The notes below the pieces were generated by a model. The model was given only the letters and a program-made list of their open reading frames with translations. It ran no database searches and was not told where the DNA came from. From a virus: DNA of 64,000 nt. The position numbers were made by a program, and so were the translations under genes. The stretch lies in IMG/VR virus record IMGVR_UViG_3300046167_000876; one strand, given 5' to 3'. Positions 49,047 to 59,731 of the stretch are shown piece by piece; the first letter of the stretch is position 1, and every line of letters begins with the position of its first letter.

Positions 49047-50420
49047 ATGACATTAAATAGTATAAATCAATACGGACATGATTTTCAAATTAAAGTATTA
49101 TCATCTCTACTAACTCATAAAGAATTTCTTACTAATATTCATGATATTATCTCAGAAGAATATTTTGAAAATCAAGCACAAAAATGGGCAATTAAAGAAG
49201 TACTTAAATATTATGATAAGTATCATACTACTCCTTCATTAGATATATTAAAAGTAGAATTACAAAAAGTAGATAATGAAGTATTACAAATTTCTATTAA
49301 AGACCAATTAAAACAAGCATACGTAACTTCAGATGAAGATTTAGAATATGTTCAAGAAGAATTTACTAATTTTTGTAAAAACCAACAATTGAAGAAGGCC
49401 TTAATGTCGTCTGTGGATTTATTAAAAGCAGGCGACTTTGATGGTATTCGTTTTATTGTAGATAATGCTTTAAAAGCAGGACAAGATAAAAATATAGGAC
49501 ATGAATATGTTAAAGATATTGAATCAAGGTATAGAGAAAATTCAAGAGAAACTATACAAACACCTTGGCCGCGTATTAACGATTTACTACAAGGGGGACT
49601 TGGAAATGGAGATTTTGGTCTCATATTTGGTAATCCAGGAGGTGGTAAATCTTGGTCATTAGTAGCTTTAGGAGGACATGCTGTAAGATTAGGATACAAT
49701 GTACTTCATTATACTCTTGAATTAGGAGAAGATTATGTTGGAAAAAGATATGATGCTTTTTTTACTAAAATTCCTGTTAATAAGGTAGATTCTCATAGAG
49801 ATAAAATTGAAGAAATTATCCCTCAACTACCAGGAAAGTTAATAATTAAAGAATATCCAACGGGTAAGGCAACTATCTCAACTATTGAATCACATATTGC
49901 AAAAGCTACAAGTATGGGTTCTAAACCTGATTTAGTAATTATTGATTATGTAGACCTTCTTTCATCAAGAAGAAAAAATAGAGAGCGTAAGGATGAAATT
50001 GATGATATTTATACAAGTACTAAAGGATTAGCTAGACAATTAGATATACCAATTTGGTCTGTTTCACAAGTTAATCGTGCTGGTGCACAAGATAAAGTGA
50101 TTCAAGGAGATAAGGCAGCAGGATCATATGATAAAATTATGATAACTGATTTTTGTATGTCTCTTTCACGTAAAAAAGAAGATAAAATTAACAACACAGG
50201 TAGATTTCATCTAATGAAAAATCGATATGGAATGGATGGAATGACTTTTGGTGTTGAAGCTGATACTTCTACTGGTCATTTTGTAGTTAAAAATGAATAT
50301 TTTGAAGGAGAAGAATCTGAAACATTAGCTCCAACAACACGTTCTAATAAATTTGATACAGACGTAGATGACTTTGATAAACAATTGTTACGTAAGAAAT
50401 TTTTTGAACTAAACTCATAA
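49047..50420 (+). CDS. Replicative helicase (DnaB / gp41-like)
   Basis: GNPGGGKS, TLEL, IIDYVD, SQVNR, KNRYG. Confidence 0.92.
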   Translation: MTLNSINQYGHDFQIKVLSSLLTHKEFLTNIHDIISEEYFENQAQKWAIKEVLKYYDKYHTTPSLDILKVELQKVDNEVLQISIKDQLKQAYVTSDEDLEYVQEEFTNFCKNQQLKKALMSSVDLLKAGDFDGIRFIVDNALKAGQDKNIGHEYVKDIESRYRENSRETIQTPWPRINDLLQGGLGNGDFGLIFGNPGGGKSWSLVALGGHAVRLGYNVLHYTLELGEDYVGKRYDAFFTKIPVNKVDSHRDKIEEIIPQLPGKLIIKEYPTGKATISTIESHIAKATSMGSKPDLVIIDYVDLLSSRRKNRERKDEIDDIYTSTKGLARQLDIPIWSVSQVNRAGAQDKVIQGDKAAGSYDKIMITDFCMSLSRKKEDKINNTGRFHLMKNRYGMDGMTFGVEADTSTGHFVVKNEYFEGEESETLAPTTRSNKFDTDVDDFDKQLLRKKFFELNS

Positions 50421-50431
50421 ATAAAAAAATA

Positions 50432-51418
50432 ATGGCAAAAACCTCATTACTACAAGAAAGAATAGTATACAAACCTTTTGAATACCCAGAAGCACATGAT
50501 TACTGGATGAAACAACAACAAGCACATTGGTTACATACAGAAGTACCAATGATGTCTGATGTAAATGATTGGAAACAAAATCTAACAAAAACAGAAAAAA
50601 ATATTATTGGTTCTATTTTAAAAGGATTTGCTCAAACAGAAACTGTAGTAAATGATTATTGGTCGTCTTTAGTAACTAAGTGGTTTAGAAAACCTGAAGT
50701 AATTAAAATGGCTGTTACATTTGGGGCGTTTGAAACTATTCATGCCGAAGCTTATTCTTTACTAAATGAAGAATTAGGATTAGATGATTTTAGTGAGTTT
50801 TTAGAAGATGAAGCTACAATGGCAAAAATAGAGGCATTAACTGAAGTAAGAGATTCTCATGATGGTACTCCTAATTGGCATGAAAGAGCAAAATCCTTAG
50901 CTATATTTTCAGCATTTACAGAAGGGGTTAATCTCTTTTCTTCTTTTGCTGTTTTACTTTCTTTTAAATTAGATAATAAACTTAAGGGAGTAGGACAAAT
51001 TGTAGAATGGAGTATTAGAGACGAATCATTACATTCAGATGCTGGGTGTTGGTTATTTAGAACATTACTAAAAGAACACCCAGAATATGACACTCCAAAA
51101 TTAAAAGCTGATATTGAAGAAGCAGCTAAATTATCTTTAAAATTAGAATTAGATTTTATTGATACTGTTTATGAAATGGGAGATTTAAAAGGATGTCCTA
51201 AATATGATTTAGTATCCTTTATTAAACATAGAGTAAATACTAAAATGGGAGATTTAGGGTATGGTCCTATAGTAAATGGTATTGATCAAGAAGCAGTAAA
51301 AAGAATGAAATGGTTTGATAATTTATCAGGTGGTAAACAACATACAGATTTCTTTGCAAATAGAGTTACAAATTATAGTAAAGGTGTTCAAAATTGGGAC
51401 GCAAACAGTTTATTTTAA
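50432..51418 (+). CDS. nrdB: Class I ribonucleotide reductase beta subunit
   Basis: ETIHAEAY, FTEG, RDESLH, DFF..R..Y. Confidence 0.93.
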   Translation: MAKTSLLQERIVYKPFEYPEAHDYWMKQQQAHWLHTEVPMMSDVNDWKQNLTKTEKNIIGSILKGFAQTETVVNDYWSSLVTKWFRKPEVIKMAVTFGAFETIHAEAYSLLNEELGLDDFSEFLEDEATMAKIEALTEVRDSHDGTPNWHERAKSLAIFSAFTEGVNLFSSFAVLLSFKLDNKLKGVGQIVEWSIRDESLHSDAGCWLFRTLLKEHPEYDTPKLKADIEEAAKLSLKLELDFIDTVYEMGDLKGCPKYDLVSFIKHRVNTKMGDLGYGPIVNGIDQEAVKRMKWFDNLSGGKQHTDFFANRVTNYSKGVQNWDANSLF

Positions 51419-51421
51419 AAT

Positions 51422-53137
51422 ATGGAAAACAACGCACTACAAGTAGATTATACAAATTGGGAAAAAGGAAAAAATTACCCAGAATGGATGGATGAAATAT
51501 CTTTAGCAACTATATCTAAAGGTTATTTATTGCCTGGAGAAGATGTAAAAAAAGCATATAGAAGAGTTTCTAATGCCGCTGCTAATAGATTAAAAAAACC
51601 AGAACTAGCTAATAAATTTTTTAAAATTATGTGGAATGGTTGGTTAGGATTAGCATCACCTGTATTATCAAATATGGGAACTGATCGTGGTTTACCTATT
51701 TCATGTTTTGGGGTTGATACACCGGATTCAATACGTGGAATTGGTTTAACTAACGCAGAACTAATGAAGCTAACAGCCTCTGGTGGTGGTGTAGGTATTT
51801 CATTAAATCGTATTAGACAACGTGGTGAAGCAATTACTGGAAATGGTAAAAGTGAAGGTGTAGTACCATGGGCTAAAATATTTGATTCATCAATTATTGC
51901 AACTAATCAAGGAAATGTTAGAAGAGGAGCAGCATCTGTTAATTTAGATATAGAACACGGAGATATAGAAGAATTTTTACAAATTCGTAGACCAAAAGGT
52001 GATCCAAATAGACAATGTCTAAACTTACATCAATGTGTTGTTGTAGGAGATTCATTTATGAGAAAATTAGAAGCAAGAGACCCAGAAGCAATGAATAGAT
52101 GGGCTACTGTTTTAAAATCCAGAATGGAAACAGGTGAACCTTATATAATGTATAAGGATAATGTTAATAAAGATAACCCAATAGCTTATAGATTAAATAA
52201 TTTAGATGTAAGCATGACAAATATTTGTTCTGAAATTACATTATTTACAGATGAAGAACATAGTTTTATTTGTTGTTTATCATCTATGAATTTATCTAAA
52301 TATGATGAATGGAAAGATACAGATACAGTTGAATTAGCCACTTGGTTTTTAGATGGTGTAATGCAAGAATTTATTGATAAATCTAATGGTAAAGATTCCT
52401 TAAAAAGAACTCATGCACATGCTCGTAAGGGTCGTGCTTTAGGTTTAGGTGTAATGGGTTGGCATTCATTCTTACAACAAAAAGGTTTACCATTTAACTC
52501 TATAGCATCCACAGCACATACTCATAACATTTTTAACGATATTAGAGGTAAAGCAGAAAAAGCATCTATGGCTCTAGCTTTAGAATATGGAGAACCTTTA
52601 TGGTGTAGAGGAACAGGTATGAGAAATACTCATTTATTAGCAATAGCACCAACAGTATCAAATTCAGTTATTTGTGGTGGTATTAGTGCTGGTATTGAAC
52701 CTTTACCTGCTAATATTTATACTTTCAATGGTGCTAAAGGTACTTTTATTAGAAAAAATAAAGTATTACAATCTATTTTAGCAGAAAAGGGTGAAGATAA
52801 AGATAAATGGTGGGACCAAATGTTAGCTGAAGATGGCTCAGCACAAGGTTTACCTGATAGCATCCTAACCCCAGATGAAAAAGAATTATTTTTAACATTT
52901 CCTGAAATAAATCAATTAGAATTAGTTAGACAAGCAGCCATTAGACAAAGATATATTGACCAAACACAATCATTAAATTTATCTTTTGATGTAAATGATT
53001 CCCCAAAATGGATTAACCAAGTGCATTTAGAAGGTTGGAAATTAGGTATTAAAACTTTTTATTATTTAAGAACTGATAGTGTTATAAAAGGTGATCTTGG
53101 TTCAAGAATGGCGGATTGTGTATCTTGTGATGGATAG
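51422..53137 (+). CDS. nrdA: Class I ribonucleotide reductase alpha subunit (no ATP cone)
   Basis: ISCF, GGGVG, TNICSEI, IAPT, KTFYY, C-terminal CVSC. Confidence 0.95.
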   Translation: MENNALQVDYTNWEKGKNYPEWMDEISLATISKGYLLPGEDVKKAYRRVSNAAANRLKKPELANKFFKIMWNGWLGLASPVLSNMGTDRGLPISCFGVDTPDSIRGIGLTNAELMKLTASGGGVGISLNRIRQRGEAITGNGKSEGVVPWAKIFDSSIIATNQGNVRRGAASVNLDIEHGDIEEFLQIRRPKGDPNRQCLNLHQCVVVGDSFMRKLEARDPEAMNRWATVLKSRMETGEPYIMYKDNVNKDNPIAYRLNNLDVSMTNICSEITLFTDEEHSFICCLSSMNLSKYDEWKDTDTVELATWFLDGVMQEFIDKSNGKDSLKRTHAHARKGRALGLGVMGWHSFLQQKGLPFNSIASTAHTHNIFNDIRGKAEKASMALALEYGEPLWCRGTGMRNTHLLAIAPTVSNSVICGGISAGIEPLPANIYTFNGAKGTFIRKNKVLQSILAEKGEDKDKWWDQMLAEDGSAQGLPDSILTPDEKELFLTFPEINQLELVRQAAIRQRYIDQTQSLNLSFDVNDSPKWINQVHLEGWKLGIKTFYYLRTDSVIKGDLGSRMADCVSCDG

Positions 53138-53166
53138 ATAAATAACTATTAAATTTAATTTGTAAT

Positions 53167-53191
53167 GGGGGTCAATTTGACCCCCTTTTTT
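53167..53191 (+). terminator. Intrinsic terminator after nrdA
   Basis: GGGGGTCA-ATT-TGACCCCC followed by T6. Confidence 0.88.
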
Positions 53192-53200
53192 ATATTTATA
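53192..53200 (+). promoter_or_regulatory. Late-type promoter driving the T9SS cassette
   Basis: ATATTTATA immediately after the nrdA terminator. Confidence 0.65.
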
Positions 53201-53224
53201 ACAAAATATAAAATTAAGAATAAC

Positions 53225-56200
53225 ATGAAAAAATTATTACTTTGGTTATGCTTTATGCTTCCTTTTTTGAACATAGCCCAAGAAACAGCACCCGTAACCT
53301 TTAGATTAGATGTTAATCAAATCACCACTAATATTCCTAACCCAGATCAAATGCAAGTTTATATTCAAACTAGCGTTACTGGATGGACTGATATACCAAT
53401 GGAAGATGTTGGGGGTAACGGAATTTACAGAAAAAATATTAATATAGGACACCCAACAGATGAAAATGTAGAGGTATTTTATAGGTTTAAGTTAACATCT
53501 TTTGGTAATAATGGGCTACCCTGGACAGGATGGGAAGGAGGTTCTGATGCATCTGACTGTTTATTTGATGTAGCCACAGGAGGTGCTCCAGGAGGACCTA
53601 ATAGTTTAAGAAAAGTAACAGTACCCGAAGAATTGATAGATAATGGTACTTACGTAAATCCTTCAGGAGAATATAAATTAACTCATTGCTTTAATGAGTG
53701 TGGTAATGAACCTTGCCCACCTGAACCTTGTGTAGATGGTTTAACATCATCTAATGCTTATCAACAATGTGTAGAGAATACTCAAGCTTTAATAGTTTTT
53801 GAATGGGAGACAGAATGTACTCCTCAATCTGTCTTATACTCTAATGCAGAAGGAGCAGGGCCTTTTGAATATCAAGTTAATGAAGATGCAACAAACTTTG
53901 GAGTATATGCTGGAAACGGACAAATGCCACCAAATTGGAGTGTAGAGCATCAATTAATAGTTAAATTTACAGATGGAAGTGAATCAGAACCTATTTTATA
54001 CACCCCTACCCCTTGTATTGCAGGATGTACAGATCCAAATTCTGATGCTTATAACCCATGGGCAACAGTAGATGATGGTTCTTGTTCTGGAACAAATTGT
54101 GACCCGGACACAGAACATCAAATAACAATGCAGATTACATTAGATAATTGGCCAGGTGAAACTTCATGGACAATGAATAGTGGAGGTATTATAGGAGCAG
54201 TTACAGATGGAACATATAATTTTAACGATATAGGAAAAACATTTACCTATAATTTCTGTATAGATAAAAATACAGGATTTGAATTTATTATTAATGATAC
54301 TTATGGAGATGGTTTAGGTGGTACTACATCTGGAGGAACTATAGACGGTAATGTTGTAATATACGATTGTAATGGAGATATTATTTGGGAATTACCTGAA
54401 CCTGACTTTGGAGATGTAGCATACTCAGGACAACAATTTGGAGTTGATTGTGAAGGAACAGAAGAAATTTATGGATGTACAGATCCAGCTTATCAATCAT
54501 ATAATCCTGATGCTACTATAGATGATGGTTCTTGTTCTGAACTTCATGTTGTAGGTTGTATGGATGAAGATTCAATTAACTACAATCCAGATGCTACTAA
54601 ACAAGAATTAGTTCCAGTTTGTGAATATAATTTAGTAGTAAGAGATGCAGCATCAGATGGATGGGGTAATTCTTTTATAGGAGTTGCTCAAGGAGGAGTT
54701 AGTTTAGGAACTTATACTTTAGGACCTGGAATAGAAGAACAAGTCTGGCCTTTAACTTTAAACTCAGATGAAGAAGTAATAGTATATTATTTTGAAGTAG
54801 GTAATCCTCAAACAACACCAGAAGAATTAAATTTCCAAACTTTACAAAATTCATTCCTCATAGTAGATTCAGATGAACAAGTATTACTAGACGGTGGTAC
54901 TAACCCATTTGAAGATAATGGACAAGGAGCCTTACAAAATTTTGAAGCACCATTTTTTGAAAAATATTCAGCTTTACCATTTTGTGGTACAGTTTGTATT
55001 CCAATTGTAGAAGGGTGTATGACTGAAGGTTCATTAAACTATAATCCTGAAGCTAATGTAGATGATGGTTCTTGTATTCCTTATATAGAAGGTTGTATGA
55101 ATCCATTAGCATTTAACTACAACCCAGATGCCACAGTAGATGATGGTTCTTGTATTGAAGTAATTGTAGGTTGTATGGACCCAGATTCATTTAACTATAA
55201 CCCAGAAGCTAACACCCCAGGTGATTGTATTCCAGTTATAGAAGGTTGTATGGATCCAACATCATTTAATTATAATGAAAATGCAAATGTAGATGATGGT
55301 TCATGTATCCCTGTAATAGAAGGATGTATGGATGTAAATTCAATTAATTATAATCCTGATGCTAATACTGATGATGGAAGTTGTATTCCAATTGTAGAAG
55401 GTTGTACAGATCCAGATTCATTTAATTATAACCCTAATGCAAATGTAGATGATGGAAGTTGTGTACCTGTAGTATTCGGTTGTATGGACCCAGATTCATT
55501 TAATTATAATCCAGATGCTAACACAGACAATGGAACTTGTGAACCAGTAGTATTCGGTTGTACTGATCCTGATTCATTTAACTACAACCCAGATGCTAAT
55601 ACAGACAATGGAACTTGTGTTCCCCGTAATTCTAGGATGTACAGACAACACATCATTTAACTACAATCCAGAAGCTAATACTAATGATGGTTCTTGTATT
55701 CCTATATTAGCAGGTTGTACAGATCCAAACTCATTTAATTATAATGAACTAGCTAATACTGATGATGGTTCCTGTATACCAGTTGTCTATGGATGTACAG
55801 ATAATACTTCTTTAAACTACAACCCAGAAGCTAATACTGATGATGGTAGCTGTATCCCAATTCTGTATGGTTGTATGGACCCAGATTCATTTAATTATAA
55901 TCCTTTAGCAACAGTTGATGATGGTTCCTGTATAGCAATAGTAGAAGGATGTACTGATAACACATCATTAAATTACAACCCTGATGCAAATGTAGATGAT
56001 GGTAGCTGTATTCCTATTTTATACGGCTGTATGGACCCTGATTCATTTAACTATAATGCACTAGCAACTGTTGACGATGGTAGCTGTATTCCAATTGTAA
56101 CAGGTTGTCACAGATCCAGATGCATTAAATTTTAATCCAGATGCGAATACAGAAGATTTTAGTTGTATAGAAAAAGTTTATGGTTGTATGGATCCTAACT

Positions 56201-56745
56201 CGATAAATTATGACCCTGAAGCTAATATAGATAACGGTAGTTGTATAACAGCAGTAGTAGGATGTACAGATCCAGAATCATATAACTATAATCCTGAAGC
56301 TAACGTTTCAGACCCAGATGCTTGTTTATATGATGCAGGCTGTATAGATGGTCCTGGTAATCCATATTGGTTAAATGATAATTGCTATGCTTGGGTAATT
56401 GATGTGGATCAATATTGTTGTGATAACGAATTTGATTCTATATGTCAGGATATGTATAATTATTGTGAAGATGGATGGCCTGATGGATTTGATTTAAATT
56501 CAATTCAATCTCAATTTTCTAGAATTAATAATATAATTGTGCATCCAAATCCAACATCTGGAATAATAAACGTATCTTCTAATATAGAAGGTGTAACATT
56601 TGAAGTAAGGGATTTATTAGGTAAAATAATTGTACCTGAGTCTAGTGGTAATACAATTGATCTATCAAAATCAGCTGCTGGAATATATGTCTTAACAATT
56701 AAGAATGGAACACAAACATATAATAAAAAAATAATTAAAGAATAA
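53225..56745 (+). CDS. Large secreted Cys/Asp repeat protein with T9SS type-A C-terminal sorting domain (two 1-nt indels)
   Basis: Signal peptide FLNIA|Q; 20 GC[TM]D..NYNP.A..DDGSC repeats; C-terminal HPNPTSG..DLLGK..IDLS..AGIYVL..KKIIKE. Frames join on removing one C near 55625 and one near 56110. Confidence 0.8.
55010..56325 (+). repeat. 17 tandem ~78-bp (26-aa) coding repeats
   Basis: xGC[TM]Dxx[SA]xNYNPxAxxDDGSCxxxx units counted across the three frames. Confidence 0.85.
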
Positions 56746-56746
56746 A

Positions 56747-57813
56747 ATGAAAAAATTATTAATACTATTTTTAGTAATACCGTTTTTAGGTTTTAGCCAA
56801 GAGCCAGAATCTAAATTTAAAAAAGAATTAAAAAAAACATTTAAGTTTTCAACTATATTTGCTGCAGTAAATGGGGGTACTTCATTAGCCGATAAAAATA
56901 CCTATTCTGTAAATACGGGTACATTAGTACCTGGAGTAATAGAAACACCTTTTGATTATTCTTTATCATTAGGGATTAGAAAAATTGCTCGATTCCAATA
57001 TGAAAATAGAGCTAATGTATTTTACAATGGTACAGAAGAATCTTATTCAGATAATGCAACATTAGGTAAAATAAAAGGATTTGAGTTTTTATTTGAAGCT
57101 GATTATAGAAGAATTCAAGGGATCGAATATTTAGATCAACATCATTTTTTAAGATATGTAGCTGATGATTGGGTAGCTAAAGTAGAATACTTAGTAGGTG
57201 GTTTTATTGACATAGAATACTTCCAAGCATCACAAAGATATAAAAGAATATTACTAAAGAATTTTCAGTTAATGTAGGTGCTGCCCAAAGATTAGCAAGA
57301 CCTTATGGATATGATCCTTTACAAGAATGGATGTTGAGTAATGGTAATTTACATTATACATGGTTAGCAATTCAAGAAGGATACGAAGTAGAATTTAATG
57401 GAATAGGAGGAGAAACCTATTTAGACCCTTCAGGTAATGTTGTAGCAACAAGTACTGAAGTTTGGGAAGAAGTAATTATACCACAAGTATTAGTTGATTA
57501 TGTAGAGAAAAAAACAGATGCAGCCCCATTAAGATTAGAATACTCATTAATATTAGGATTTGATTATTATAAGTATACGAAAAACTTTTGGTTACATGCC
57601 TGGGGTAATGTAATGCCCTACCACATAAAAAATGGGGATAAATTTTCTTTTCATAATTATAATGGTGGGCAATGGGTAGATTATTCTGGAGGATTAATAT
57701 TTGGTTATAAATTAACTAAATCATTAGGATTATTTGCAGAAGGAACTTATAATCAATATTGGAATAGAAATTGGCATAATTTTTCAATGGGAGTTAACTA
57801 CATAATTTTTTAA
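56747..57813 (+). CDS. Putative outer-membrane beta-barrel protein (indel near 57245)
   Basis: Signal peptide LGFS|Q; alternating aromatic strands; terminal ...GVNYIIF beta-signal. Confidence 0.6.
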
Positions 57814-57815
57814 AA

Positions 57816-58101
57816 ATGGCGAAAGAATTAAGTGAAAATACTAGTTTTCAAATAAGCATACAAACACTAATAGGTATTGCATTCGGTATAGCTACAGTAG
57901 TAGGTATGTGGTTTGCACTTCAAGCAGATATAGAAGAAGCAAAAGAACTTCCAGTTCCCCCCACCACCAGATGTTACAAGAATGGAATACGATATGAAAG
58001 ATCAATTAATCCGTCAAACAATTATGTCTACTCAAGAAGATGTTGAAGAAATAAAGGATAGAATGATTCGAATGGAAGAAAAGATTGATAAATTAAGATA
58101 A
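57816..58101 (+). CDS. Small TM + coiled-coil protein (indel in the C-run near 57960)
   Basis: Corrected frame continues PDVTRMEYDMKDQ..EEKIDKLR*. Confidence 0.6.
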
Positions 58102-58107
58102 TTAATT

Positions 58108-58434
58108 ATGAAAAAATTACTAACCCTTGTATTATTTATATTTTCTTTATCTTTATATAGTCAAGTTGAAGTAAAGTATTTTAATGCCGGATGGAATAAA
58201 GCAAATGACATAGAATGGGTAAGTAAATTATCTGACTGTGAGTTAGAAAAATTTGATATAGGAATTGATCCATCACTTGCTGCAAAATATAAAGTAGTTG
58301 TAGTACCCACCATCATCATCTTCCAAGATGGAGAAGAAGCAGAAAGATATCAAGCAGACATTAGCTTTAAAATGTCAGCTACTAAAGAAGAAGTTCAAGA
58401 TTATATTGATGAACTTATAATGAGTGCATTCTAG
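58108..58434 (+). CDS. Secreted thioredoxin-fold protein lacking CxxC
   Basis: SLYS|Q signal; FNAGWNKAN in place of FxAxWCxxC; KYKVVVVPTIIIFQDGEE. Confidence 0.7.
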   Translation: MKKLLTLVLFIFSLSLYSQVEVKYFNAGWNKANDIEWVSKLSDCELEKFDIGIDPSLAAKYKVVVVPTIIIFQDGEEAERYQADISFKMSATKEEVQDYIDELIMSAF

Positions 58435-58481
58435 CATCATATTTATAATTGCAAACTAGTTATTAACCAAATTGTTATTTT

Positions 58482-58748
58482 ATGTTTAAATTTATAAAAC
58501 GTAATTGGATGGCCTTAAAAAATTTATTTGATGATAATAATAACATCAACGAAAAATCAGTAGTTGGATTCGCTTCATTTGCAGTAATGACTATTTTTGC
58601 TATAGTAGATTTAGTAACTGGATATGTTGGTAAAGATTTAGTAATCAATGAATTCATTTACGACTCTTTTTTATTTATAACACTCGGTTGTTTTGGTATT
58701 GCTGAAATAGGACAAATTTTTGGTAAAAAAAACAATAAGGAAGAATGA
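58482..58748 (+). CDS. Two-TM membrane protein (holin-like)
   Basis: Two hydrophobic helices and a basic C-terminus; late promoter at 58439. Confidence 0.55.
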   Translation: MFKFIKRNWMALKNLFDDNNNINEKSVVGFASFAVMTIFAIVDLVTGYVGKDLVINEFIYDSFLFITLGCFGIAEIGQIFGKKNNKEE

Positions 58749-59110
58749 AAAAATTACTATTTTTACTACTTTTAATCCCAACTTTATCTTTTTCTCAATT
58801 ACAAATTGGAAATTGGACTGTTGAAGAAGATAAAATGCTTCATTATATTGGAGGAGTTGCTATTACTAGTATTGCTCATGATTTAATATTTGAAGAAACT
58901 AAAGATAAAGATAAAGCTGTTATGTATTCAATGGCTACTACTTTAGCTTTATCTGCTTTTAAAGAAATATTTATAGATAAAAAAGGTGATGGAGATGATA
59001 TAGCTGCAGGAATGTATGGAGCTTTGACAGTAGGAGTAGTTATTTCTATAGATGATATTTTTAAAAAAAGAAAAAGAAAAAAAATAGCCCGAAGAAATTC
59101 AAAATATTAA
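58745..59110 (+). CDS. YfiM/DUF2279-like membrane protein
   Basis: DKMLH...KE...DIAA.xG pattern; signal LSFS|Q. Confidence 0.5.
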   Translation: MKKLLFLLLLIPTLSFSQLQIGNWTVEEDKMLHYIGGVAITSIAHDLIFEETKDKDKAVMYSMATTLALSAFKEIFIDKKGDGDDIAAGMYGALTVGVVISIDDIFKKRKRKKIARRNSKY

Positions 59111-59123
59111 AATTTAATTAATT

Positions 59124-59729
59124 ATGAGCTGTTATACAAGAAAACAAATAAAATGTGCTGTTGAATCAAAAGGATATAAATGGTTCGAAAGTGGTAATTA
59201 TAACTTAAACATTGTAGGAGTTAGAAATTCAGAAACACTTGGTAAAGTTACAAATAAATTTGATGATTGTCTTACAGTATCTTATAATGTAGATGGAGAA
59301 GAAAAATTCCATTGTTTTAAAGCAACAACTGACCCAGGATCTCATTGGGAGAGAAATTTATTAAATAAAGATGGTGTTGCTATTCTAGTTCCGGGGCAAT
59401 ATAGGGGTTCACATAAAATTAGAAAACATCAGGGTAAGTATGAAGCCCTATGTCAACAAAAAGAAGTTTGTGTTTATAGAGATAATAACAAAGATGGAGT
59501 GTATGATATGCTAGAAGAAAGTATTCATAAAGGTATTTATGGTATTAATATACATAAAGCAGGTTCTAGAGTTAATGGATCAACTCAAATTGATAAATGG
59601 TCAGCAGGTTGTCAGGTATTTTCCAAAGAATCAGATTTTAATCAATTAATGGATTTAGCATATAAAGCTAAAGATTTGTATGGTAATTCATTTACTTATA
59701 CTTTAATTGAATCAAAAGATTTAACCTAA
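59124..59729 (+). CDS. Putative endolysin, L,D-transpeptidase-like
   Basis: GINIHKAG...WSAGCQV His/Cys motif; adjacent to holin-like genes. Confidence 0.55.
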   Translation: MSCYTRKQIKCAVESKGYKWFESGNYNLNIVGVRNSETLGKVTNKFDDCLTVSYNVDGEEKFHCFKATTDPGSHWERNLLNKDGVAILVPGQYRGSHKIRKHQGKYEALCQQKEVCVYRDNNKDGVYDMLEESIHKGIYGINIHKAGSRVNGSTQIDKWSAGCQVFSKESDFNQLMDLAYKAKDLYGNSFTYTLIESKDLT

Positions 59730-59731
59730 AA

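Noticed and set aside
53165-53224. ORF-track start of the T9SS protein at 53165
   Set aside because: It runs through the terminator and promoter; ATG 53225 gives a canonical signal peptide.
55010-56325. Regular ~78-bp repeats as a CRISPR array or DGR
   Set aside because: They are in-frame coding repeats with synonymous variation. There are no spacers, no cas genes and no reverse transcriptase in the window.
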